DNA of 64,000 bases, taken from assembly GCF_036321535.1 (NCBI RefSeq), contig NC_087436.1, positions 868,001 to 932,000 of the forward strand, given 5' to 3'. Below the pieces are notes generated by a model, which was not told the origin of the DNA, did not search any database, and was given only the letters and a program-made list of their open reading frames with translations. This document shows, one piece after another, positions 53,301-64,000 of the stretch. How positions within the stretch are numbered: position 1 is the stretch's first letter; every line of letters starts with the position of its first letter. The translations under genes were made by a program, and so were the position numbers. Source of the DNA: Camelus dromedarius (taxonomy: Eukaryota).

Positions 53301-56300
53301 AGTCTGTTTCCTAGTGCCGGTTTGAAGTTCCTGCAGTTTTCACTGTCAAACCGAGTTGGAGCTTCTACCTCCCCATATATATGTATGGAATGGAGTTTGA
53401 AACTGAAAAGAAACTTTGTGTTCCCAAAAAGCTAGGTGAAGGACGGCTTTCACACGCACTTATCTCTCAGAACTGAGCAAGTGGAGAGACGTTCGTTCAT
53501 CTAACACCAAGGGAACGGGTTGCAGGAGACACTTTTTCTCTGCTTTCTCAGTCTGTTTCCTAGTGCCGGTTTGAAGTTCCTGCCGTTTTCACTGTAAAAC
53601 CGAGTTGGAGCTTCTACCTCCCCATATATATGTATGGAATGGAGTTTGCAACTGAAAAGAAACTTTGTGTTCCCAACAAGCTAGGTGAAGGACGGCTTTC
53701 ACACGCACTTATCTATCAGAACTGAGCTAGTGGAGAGACGTTCGTTCATCTAGCACCAAGGGAACGGGTTGCAGGAGACACTTTTTCTCTGCTTTCTCAG
53801 TCTGTTTCCTAGTGCCGGTTTGAAGTTCCTGCAGTTTTCACTGTAAAACCGAGTTGGAGTTTCTACCTCCCCATATATATGTATGGAATGGAGTTTGCAA
53901 CTGAAAAGAAACTTTGTGTTCCCAACAAGTTAGGTGAAGGACGGCTTTCACACACTCTTATCTCTCAGAACTGAGCAAGTGGAGAGACGTTCGTTCATCT
54001 AGCACCAAGGGAACGGGTTGCAGGAGACACTTTTTCTCTGCTTTCTCAGTCTGTTTCCTAGTGCCGGTTTGAAGTTCCTGCAGTTTTCACTGTCAAACCG
54101 AGTTGGAGCTTGTACCTCCCCATATATATGTATGGAATGGAGTTTGCAACTGAAAAGAAACTTTGTGTTCCCAACAAGCTAGGTGAAGGACGGCTCTCAC
54201 ACACACTTATCTCTCAGAACAGAGCAAGTGGAGAGACGTTCGTTCATCTAGCACCAAGGGAACGGGTTGCAGGAGACACTTTTTCTCTGCTTTCTCAGTC
54301 TGTTTCCTAGTCCCGGTTTGAAGTTCCTGCAGTTTTCACTGTCAAACCGAGTTGGAGCTTGTACCTCCCCATATATATGTATGGAATGGAGTTTGCAACT
54401 GAAAAGATACTTTGTGTTCCCAACAAGCTAGGTGAAGGACGGCTTTCACACACACTTATCTCTCAGAACTGAGCAAGTGGAGAGACGTTCGTTCATCTAG
54501 CACCAAAGGAACGGGTTGCAGGAGACACTTTTTCTCTGCTTTCTCAGTCTGTTACCAAGTGACGGTTTGAATTTCCTTCAGATTTCACTGTAAAACCGAG
54601 TTGGAGCTGGTACATCCCCATATATAAGTATGGAATGGAGTTTGCAACTGAAAAGAAACTTTGTGTTCCCAACAAGCTAGGTGAAGGACGGCTTTCACAC
54701 ACACTTATCTCTCCGAACTGAGCAAGTGGAGAGACGTTCGTTCATCTAGCACCAAGGGAACGGGTTGCAGGAGACACTTTTTCTCTGCTTTCTCAGTCTG
54801 TTTCCTAGTGCCGGTTTGAAGTTCCTGCAGTTTTCACTGTAAAACCGAGTTGGAGCTAGTACCTCCCCATATATATGTATGGAATGGAGTTTGCAACTGA
54901 AAAGAAACTTTGTGTTCCCAACAAGCTAGGTGAAATACGGCTTTCACACACTCTTATCTCTCAGAACTGAGCAAGTGGAGAGACGTTCGTTCATCTAGCA
55001 CCAAGGGAACGGGTTGCAGGAGACACTTTTTCTCTGCTTTCTCAGTCTGTTTCCTAGTGCCGGTTTGAAGTTCCTGCAGTTTTCACTGTCAAACCGAGTT
55101 GGAGCTTCTACCTCCCCATATATATGTATGGAATGGAGTTTGCAACTGAAAAGAAACTTTGTGTTCCCAACAAGCTAGGTGAAGGACGGCTTTCACACGC
55201 ACATATCTCTCAGAACTGAGCAAGTGGAGAGATGTTCGTTCATCTAACACCAAGGGAACGGGTTGCAGGAGACACTTTTTCTCTGCTTTCTCAGTCTGTT
55301 TCCTAGTGCCGGTTTGAAGTTCCTGCCGTTTTCACTGTAAAACCGAGTTGGAGCTTCTACCTCCCCATATATATGTATGGAATGGAGTTTGCAACTGAAA
55401 AGAAACTTTGTGTTCCCAACAAGCTAGGTGAAGGACGGCTTTCACACGCACTTATCTATCAGAACTGAGCTAGTGGAGAGACGTTCGTTCATCTAGCACC
55501 AAGGGAACGGGTTGCAGGAGACACTTTTTCTCTGCTTTCTCAGTCTGTTTCCTAGTGCCGGTTTGAAGTTCCTGCAGTTTTCACTGTAAAACCGAGTTGG
55601 AGTTTCTACCTCCCCATATATATGTATGGAATGGAGTTTGCAACTGAAAAGAAACTTTGTGTTCCCAACAAGTTAGGTGAAGGACGGCTTTCACACACTC
55701 TTATCTCTCAGAACTGAGCAAGTGGAGAGACGTTCGTTCATCTAGCACCAAGGGAACGGGTTGCAGGAGACACTTTTTCTCTGCTTTCTCAGTCTGTTTC
55801 CTAGTGCCGGTTTGAAGTTCCTGCAGTTTTCACTGTCAAACCGAGTTGGAGCTTGTACCTCCCCATATATATGTATGGAATGGAGTTTGCAACTGAAAAG
55901 AAACTTTGTGTTCCCAACAAGCTAGGTGAAGGACGGCTCTCACACACACTTATCTCTCAGAACTGAGCAAGTGGAGAGACGTTCGTTCATCTAGCACCAA
56001 GGGAACGGGTTGCAGGAGACACTTTTTCTCTGCTTTCTCAGTCTGTTTCCTAGTCCCGGTTTGAAGTTCCTGCAGTTTTCACTGTAAAACCGAGTTGGAG
56101 CTAGTACCTCCCCATATATATGTATGGAATGGAGTTTGCAACTGAAAAGATACTTTGTGTTCCCAACAAGCTAGGTGAAGGACGGCTTTCACACACACTT
56201 ATCTCTCAGAACTGAGCAAGTGGAGAGACGTTCGTTCATCTAGCACCAAGGGAACGGGTTGCAGGAGACACTATTTCTCTGCTTTCTCAGTCTGTTTCCT

Positions 56301-56990
56301 AGTGACGGTTTGAATTTCCTTCAGATTTCACTGTAAAACCGAGTTGGAGCTGGTACATCCCCATATATATGTATGGAATGGAGTTTGCAACTGAAAAGAA
56401 ACTTTGTGTTCCCAACAAGCTAGGTGAAGGACGGCTTTCACACACACTTATCTCTCCGAACTGAGCAAGTGGAGAGACGTTCGTTCATCTAGCACCAAGG
56501 GAACGGGTTGCAGGAGACACTTTTTCTCTGCTTTCTCAGTCTGTTTCCTAGTGCCGGTTTGAAGTTCCTGCAGTTTTCACTGTAAAACCGAGTTGGAGCT
56601 AGTACCTCCCCATATATATGTATGGAATGGAGTTTGCAACTGAAAAGAAACTTTGTGTTCCCAACAAGCTAGGTGAAATACGGCTTTCACACACTCTTAT
56701 CTCTCAGAACTGAGCAAGTGGAGAGACGTTCGTTCATCTAGCACCAAGGGAACGGGTTGCAGGAGACACTTTTTCTCTGCTTTCTCAGTCTGTTTCCTAG
56801 TGCCGGTTTGAAGTTCCTGCAGTTTTCACTGTCAAACCGAGTTGGAGCTTGTACCTCCCCATATATATGTATGGAATGGAGTTTGCAACTGAAAAGAAAC
56901 TTTGTGTTCCCAACAAGCTAGGTGAAGGACGGCTTTCACACGCACATATCTCTCAGAACTGAGCAAGTGGAGAGATGTTCGTTCATCTAG
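47400..56990. repeat. 8-monomer higher-order repeat, period 1992 bp, ~4-5 copies, last step shortened to 7 monomers
   Basis: The monomer with GGCTCTCACAC is at ~48134, 50126, 52118 and 54110 (steps of 1992 = 8x249), then 55853 (step 1743 = 7x249). AAGTTAGG, AGATACT and GACGGTTTGAATTTCCTTCAGATTT variants keep the same phase. Confidence 0.9.
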
Positions 56991-59900
56991 CACCAAGGGA
57001 ACGGGTTGCAGGAGACACTTTTTCTCTGCTTTCTCAGTCTGTTTCCTAGTGCCGGTTTGAAGTTCCTGCAGTTTTCATTGACAAACCGATTTGGAGCTAG
57101 TATCTCCCCATATATAAGTATGGAACGGAGTTTACAACTGAAAAGAAACTTTGTGTTCCCAACAAGCTAGGTGAAGGACGGCTTTCACACACACTTATCT
57201 CTCAGAACAGAGCAATTGGAGAGACGTTCGTTCATCTAGCACCAAGAGAACGGGTTGCAGGAGACACTTTTTCTCTGCTTTCTCAGTCTGTTTCCTAGTG
57301 CCGTTTTGAAGTTCCTGCAGTTTTCACTGTAAAACCGAGTTGGAGCTTCTACCTCCCCATATATATGTATGGAATGGAGTTTGCAACTGAAAAGAAACTT
57401 TGTGTTCCCAAAAAGCTAGGAGAAGGACGGCTTTCACACGCACCTATCTCTCAGAACTGAGCAAGTGGAGAGATGTTCGTTCATCTAGCACCAAGGGAAC
57501 GGGTTGAAGGAGACACTATTTCTCTGTTTCTCACTATGTTTCCTATTGCCGGTTTGAAGTTCCTGCAGTTTTCACTGTAAAACCGAGTTGGAGATAGTAC
57601 CTCACCATATATATGTATGGAATGGAGTTTGCAACTGAAAAGAAACTTTGTGTTCCCAACAAGCTAGGTGAAGGACGGCTTTCACACACACTTATCTCTC
57701 AGAACTGAGCAAGTGGAGAGACGTTCGTTCATCTAGCACCAAGGGAACGGGTTGCAGGAGACACTTTTTCTCTGCTTTCTCAGTCTGTTTCCTAGTGACG
57801 GTTTGAATTTCCTTCAGATTTCACTGTAAAACCGAGTTGGAGCTGGTACCTCCAAATATATATGTATGGAATGGAGTTTGCAACTGAAAAGAAACTTTGT
57901 GTTCCCAACAAGCTAGGTGAAGGACGGCTTTCACACACACTTATTTCTCCGAACTGAGCAAGTGGAGAGACGTTCGTTCATCTAGCACCAAGGGAACGGG
58001 TTGCAGGAGACACTTTTTCTCTGCTTTCTCAGTCTGTTTCCTAGTGCCGGTTTGAAGTTCCTGCAGTTTTCATTGACAAACCGATTTGGAGCTAGTATCT
58101 CCCCATATATAAGTATGGAACGGAGTTTACAACTGAAAAGAAACTTTGTGTTCCCAACAAGCTAGGTGAAGGACGGCTTTCACACACACTTATCTCTCAG
58201 AACAGAGCAATTGGAGAGACGTTCGTTCATCTAGCACCAAGAGAACGGGTTGCAGGAGACACTTTTTCTCTGCTTTCTCAGTCTGTTTCCTAGTGCCGGT
58301 TTGAAGTTCCTGCAGTTTTCACTGTCAACCCGAGTTGGAGCTAGTACCTCCCCATATATATGTATGGAATGGAGTTTGCAACTGAAAAGAAACTTTGTGT
58401 TCCCAACAAGCTAGGTGAAGGACGGCTTTCACACGCACATATCTCTCAGAACTGAGCAAGTGGAGAGATGTTCGTTCATCTAGCACCAAGGGAACGGGTT
58501 GCAGGAGACACTTTTTCTCTGCTTTCTCAGTCTGTTTCCTAGTGCCGGTTTGAAGTTCCTGCAGTTTTCATTGACAAACCGATTTGGAGCTAGTATCTCC
58601 CCATATATAAGTATGGAACGGAGTTTACAACTGAAAAGAAACTTTGTGTTCCCAACAAGCTAGGTGAAGGACGGCTTTCACACACACTTATCTCTCAGAA
58701 CAGAGCAATTGGAGAGACGTTCGTTCATCTAGCACCAAGAGAACGGGTTGCAGGAGACACTTTTTCTCTGCTTTCTCAGTCTGTTTCCTAGTGCCGTTTT
58801 GAAGTTCCTGCAGTTTTCACTGTAAAACCGAGTTGGAGCTTCTACCTCCCCATATATATGTATGGAATGGAGTTTGCAACTGAAAAGAAACTTTGTGTTT
58901 CCAAAAAGCTAGGAGAAGGACGGCTTTCACACGCACCTATCTCTCAGAACTGAGCAAGTGGAGAGATGTTCGTTCATCTAGCACCAAGGGAACGGGTTGA
59001 AGGAGACACTATTTCTCTGTTTCTCACTATGTTTCCTATTGCCGGTTTGAAGTTCCTGCAGTTTTCACTGTAAAACCGAGTTGGAGCTAGTACCTCACCA
59101 TATATATGTATGGAATGGAGTTTGCAACTGAAAAGAAACTTTGTGTTCCCAACAAGCTAGGTGAAGGACGGCTTTCACACACACTTATCTCTCAGAACTG
59201 AGCAAGTGGAGAGACGTTCGTTCATCTAGCACCAAGGGAACGGGTTGCAGGAGACACTTTTTCTCTGCTTTCTCAGTCTGTTTCCTAGTGCCGGTTTGAA
59301 GTTCCTGCAGTTTTCACTGTAAAACCGAGTTGGAGCTAGTACCTCCCCATATATATGTATGGAATGGAGTTTGCAACTGAAAAGAAACTTTGTGTTCCCA
59401 ACAAGCTAGGTGAAATACGGCTTTCACACACTCTTATCTCTCAGAACTGAGCAAGTGGAGAGACGTTCGTTCATCTAGCACCAAGGGAACGGGTTGCAGG
59501 AGACACTTTTTCTCTGCTTTCTCAGTCTGTTTCCTAGTGCCGGTTTGAAGTTCCTGCAGTTTTCACTGTCAAACCGAGTTGGAGCTAGTATCTCCCCATA
59601 TATAAGTATGGAACGGAGTTTACAACTGAAAAGAAACTTTGTGTTCCCAACAAGCTAGGTGAAGGACGGCTTTCACACACACTTATCTCTCAGAACAGAG
59701 CAATTGGAGAGACGTTCGTTCATCTAGCACCAAGAGAACGGGTTGCAGGAGACACTTTTTCTCTGCTTTCTCAGTCTGTTTCCTAGTGCCGGTTTGAAGT
59801 TCCTGCAGTTTTCACTGTCAAACCGAGTTGGAGCTTGTACCTCCCCATATATATGTATGGAATGGAGTTTGCAACTGAAAAGAAACTTTGTGTTCCCAAC

Positions 59901-62270
59901 AAGCTAGGTGAAGGACGGCTTTCACACGCACATATCTCTCAGAACTGAGCAAGTGGAGAGATGTTCGTTCATCTAGCACCAAGGGAACGGGTTGCAGGAG
60001 ACACTTTTTCTCTGCTTTCTCAGTCTGTTTCCTAGTGCCGGTTTGAAGTTCCTGCAGTTTTCATTGACAAACCGATTTGGAGCTAGTATCTCCCCATATA
60101 TAATTATGGAACGGAGTTTACAACTGAAAAGAAACTTTGTGTTCCCAACAAGCTAGGTGAAGGACGGCTTTCACACACACTTATCTCTCAGAACAGAGCA
60201 ATTGGAGAGACGTTCGTTCATCTAGCACCAAGAGAACGGGTTGCAGGAGACACTTTTTCTCTGCTTTCTCAGTCTGTTTCCTAGTGCCGTTTTGAAGTTC
60301 CTGCAGTTTTCACTGTAAAACCGAGTTGGAGCTTCTACCTCCCCATATATATGTATGGAATGGAGTTTGCAACTGAAAAGAAACTTTGTGTTCCCAAAAA
60401 GCTAGGAGAAGGACGGCTTTCACACGCACCTATCTCTCAGAACTGAGCAAGTGGAGAGATGTTCGTTCATCTAGCACCAAGGGAACGGGTTGAAGGAGAC
60501 ACTATTTCTCTGTTTCTCACTATGTTTCCTATTGCCGGTTTGAAGTTCCTGCAGTTTTCACTGTAAAACCGAGTTGGAGATAGTACCTCACCATATATAT
60601 GTATGGAATGGAGTTTGCAACTGAAAAGAAACTTTGTGTTCCCAACAAGCTAGGTGAAGGACGGCTTTCACACACACTTATCTCTCAGAACTGAGCAAGT
60701 GGAGAGACGTTCGTTCATCTAGCACCAAGGGAACGGGTTGCAGGAGACACTTTTTCTCTGCTTTCTCAGTCTGTTTCCTAGTGACGGTTTGAATTTCCTT
60801 CAGATTTCACTGTAAAACCGAGTTGGAGCTGGTACCTCCAAATATATATGTATGGAATGGAGTTTGCAACTGAAAAGAAACTTTGTGTTCCCAACAAGCT
60901 AGGTGAAGGACGGCTTTCACACACACTTATTTCTCCGAACTGAGCAAGTGGAGAGACGTTCGTTCATCTAGCACCAAGGGAACGGGTTGCAGGAGACACT
61001 TTTTCTCTGCTTTCTCAGTCTGTTTCCTAGTGCCGGTTTGAAGTTCCTGCAGTTTTCATTGACAAACCGATTTGGAGCTAGTATCTCCCCATATATAAGT
61101 ATGGAACGGAGTTTACAACTGAAAAGAAACTTTGTGTTCCCAACAAGCTAGGTGAAGGACGGCTTTCACACACACTTATCTCTCAGAACAGAGCAATTGG
61201 AGAGACGTTCGTTCATCTAGCACCAAGAGAACGGGTTGCAGGAGACACTTTTTCTCTGCTTTCTCAGTCTGTTTCCTAGTGCCGGTTTGAAGTTCCTGCA
61301 GTTTTCACTGTCAAACCGAGTTGGAGCTAGTACCTCCCCATATATATGTATGGAATGGAGTTTGCAACTGAAAAGAAACTTTGTGTTCCCAACAAGCTAG
61401 GTGAAGGACGGCTTTCACACGCACATATCTCTCAGAACTGAGCAAGTGGAGAGATGTTCGTTCATCTAGCACCAAGGGAACGGGTTGCAGGAGACACTTT
61501 TTCTCTGCTTTCTCAGTCTGTTTCCTAGTGCCGGTTTGAAGTTCCTGCAGTTTTCATTGACAAACCGATTTGGAGCTAGTATCTCCCCATATATAAGTAT
61601 GGAACGGAGTTTACAACTGAAAAGAAACTTTGTGTTCCCAACAAGCTAGGTGAAGGACGGCTTTCACACACACTTATCTCTCAGAACAGAGCAATTGGAG
61701 AGACGTTCGTTCATCTAGCACCAAGAGAACGGGTTGCAGGAGACACTTTTTCTCTGCTTTCTCAGTCTGTTTCCTAGTGCCGTTTTGAAGTTCCTGCAGT
61801 TTTCACTGTAAAACCGAGTTGGAGCTTCTACCTCCCCATATATATGTATGGAATGGAGTTTGCAACTGAAAAGAAACTTTGTGTTCCCAAAAAGCTAGGA
61901 GAAGGACGGCTTTCACACGCACCTATCTCTCAGAACTGAGCAAGTGGAGAGATGTTCGTTCATCTAGCACCAAGGGAACGGGTTGAAGGAGACACTATTT
62001 CTCTGTTTCTCACTATGTTTCCTATTGCCGGTTTGAAGTTCCTGCAGTTTTCACTGTAAAACCGAGTTGGAGCTAGTACCTCACCATATATATGTATGAA
62101 ATGGAGTTTGCAACTGAAAAGAAACTTTGTGTTCCCAACAAGCTAGGTGAAGGACGGCTTTCACACACACTTATCTCTCAGAACTGAGCAAGTGGAGAGA
62201 CGTTCGTTCATCTAGCACCAAGGGAACGGGTTGCAGGAGACACTTTTTCTCTGCTTTCTCAGTCTGTTTC
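56830..62270. repeat. Four 6-monomer units (1493 bp) organised as a 12-monomer duplication (2986 bp)
   Basis: The divergent monomer TGAAGGAGACACTATTTC is at 57505, 58998, 60491 and 61984. GAGATAGTACCTCACC (57591/60577) and TCCAAATAT (57851/60837) recur only every 2986 bp. Confidence 0.88.
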
Positions 62271-64000
62271 CTAGTGACGGTTTGAATTTCCTTCAGATTT
62301 CACTGTAAAACCGAGTTGGAGCTGGTACCTCCCCATATATATGTATGGAATGGAGTTTGCAACTGAAAAGAAACTTTGTGTTCCCAACAAGCTAGGTGAA
62401 GGACGGCTTTCACACACACTTATCTCTCCGAACTGAGCAAGTGGAGAGACGTTCGTTCATCTAGCACCAAGGGAACGGGTTGCAGGAGACACTTTTTCTC
62501 TGCTTTCTCAGTCTGTTTCCTAGTGCCGGTTTGAAGTTCCTGCAGTTTTCACTGTAAAACCGAGTTGGAGCTTGTATCTCCCCATATATATGTATGGAAT
62601 GGAGTTTGCAACTGAAAAGAAACTTTGTGTTCCCAACAAGCTAGGTGAAGGACGGCTTTCACACACACTTATCTCTCAGAACTGAGCAAGTGGAGAGACG
62701 TTCGTTCATCTAGCACCAAGGGAACGGGTTGCAGGAGACACTTTTTCTCTGCTTTCTCAGTCTGTTTCCTAGTGTCGGTTTGAAGTTCCTGCCGTTTTCA
62801 CTGTAAAACCGAGTTGGAGCTTCTACCTACCCATATATATGTATGGAATGGAGTTTGCAACTGAAAAGAAACTTTGTGTTCCCAACAAGCTAGGTGAAGA
62901 ACGGCTTTCACACGCACTTATCTATCAGAACTGAGCAAGTGGAGAGACGTTCGTTCATCTAGCACCAAGGGAACGGGTTGCAGGAGACACTTTTTCTCTG
63001 CTTTCTCAGTCTGTTTCCTAGTGCCGGTTTGAAGTTCCTGCAGTTTTCACTGTAAAACCGAGTTGGAGTTTCTACCTCCCCATATATATGTATGGAATGG
63101 AGTTTGCAACTGAAAAGAAACTTTGTGTTCCCAACAAGCTAGGTGAAGTACGGCTTTCACACACCCTTATCTCTCAGAACTGAGCAAGTGGAGAGACGTT
63201 CGTTCATCTAGCACCAAGGGAACGGGTTGCAGGAGACATTTTTTCTCTGCTTTCTCAGTCTGTTTCCTAGTGCCGGTTTCAAGTTCCTGCAGTTTTCACT
63301 GTCAAACCGAGTTGGAGCTTGTACCTCCCCATATATATGTATGGAATGGAGTTTGCAACTGAAAAGAAACTTTGTGTTCCCAACAAGCTAGGTGAAGGAC
63401 GGCTTTCACACACACTTATCTCTCAGAACAGAGCAAGTGGAGAGACGTTCGTTCATCTAGCACCAAGGGAACGGGTTGCAGGAGACACTTTTTCTCTGCT
63501 TTCTCAGTCTGTTTCCTAGTCCCGGTTTGAAGTTCCTGCAGTTTTCACTGTAAAACCGAGTTGGAGCTAGTACCTCCCCATATATATGTATGGAATGGAG
63601 TTTGCAACTGAAAAGATACTTTGTGTTCCCAACAAGCTAGGTGAAGGACGGCTTTCACACACACTTATCTCTCAGAACTGAGCAAGTGGAGAGACGTTCG
63701 TTCATCTAGCACCAAGGGAACGGGTTGCAGGAGACACTTTTTCTCTGCTTTCTCAGTATGTTTCCTAGTGACGGTTTGAATTTCCTTCAGATTTCACTGT
63801 AAAACCGAGTTGGAGCTGGTACCTCCCCATATATATGTATGGAATGGAGTTTGCAACTGAAAAGAAACTTTGTGTTCCCAACAAGCTAGGTGAAGGACGG
63901 CTTTCACACACTCTTATCTCTCAGAACTGAGCAAGTGGAGAGACGTTCGTTCATCTAGCACCAAGGGAACGGGTTGCAGGAGACATTTTTTCTCTGCCTT

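Larger units (their letters stand above)
1..64000. repeat. Tandem satellite DNA array, 249-bp monomer, ~257 copies, head-to-tail, probably centromeric/pericentromeric; extends beyond both window edges
   Basis: The unit CACCAAGGGAACGGGTTGCAGGAGACAC...GTTCGTTCATCTAG recurs every 249 bp (248 where a 1-bp deletion occurs). The unit start is at 1 and again at 63959, and 63958 = 257x249-35. Most monomers carry one CTGCAG (PstI) site. Monomers differ by only a few substitutions. The centromeric assignment is inference. Confidence 0.99.

Noticed and set aside
604..63519. Repeated 60-108 aa ORFs (MYLPIYMYGMEFATEKK..., MQETLFLCFLSLFPSAG..., and minus-strand ORFs)
   Set aside because: They are translations of the satellite monomer. 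Many use TTG starts, and they appear only where a point variant (e.g. AACTGA>AACAGA) removes a stop. Overlapping frames occur on both strands, and I recognise no protein family.
1..64000. CRISPR array
   Set aside because: There are no unique spacers; the entire 249-bp unit is repeated and no cas genes are present.
1..64000. Assignment to a named satellite family or species
   Set aside because: The monomer length and sequence do not match primate alpha satellite (171 bp), mouse minor or major satellite (120/234 bp), or any other family I can recognise with confidence. A BLAST/Dfam/Repbase search is needed.

Overview
The whole 64 kb window is one uninterrupted, single-orientation, head-to-tail satellite DNA array with a 249-bp monomer (about 45% GC). 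It holds 257 complete monomers between positions 1 and 63958, with a net loss of only 35 bp. I find no genes, transposon insertions, inversions, RNA genes or CRISPR arrays. All listed ORFs are chance reading frames through the repeat, opened or closed by single-base monomer variants. The architecture is that of a eukaryotic centromeric or pericentromeric satellite, but I cannot name the family or species from the sequence. Structure read by eye: (1) each monomer appears to be an ancient dimer of ~124-125 bp halves; (2) each repeat carries a ~97-bp degenerate palindrome with hairpin or cruciform potential, and there is no canonical CENP-B box; (3) diagnostic variants reveal a patchwork of recent local tandem duplications (4-, 6-, 8-, 12-, 13-, 14- and 15-mers), layered on an older long-period order of variant monomers that recurs at offsets of 25-34 kb; (4) monomer variants look transversion-rich, and the indels seen are all 1-bp deletions. 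Block boundaries are approximate to about one monomer.
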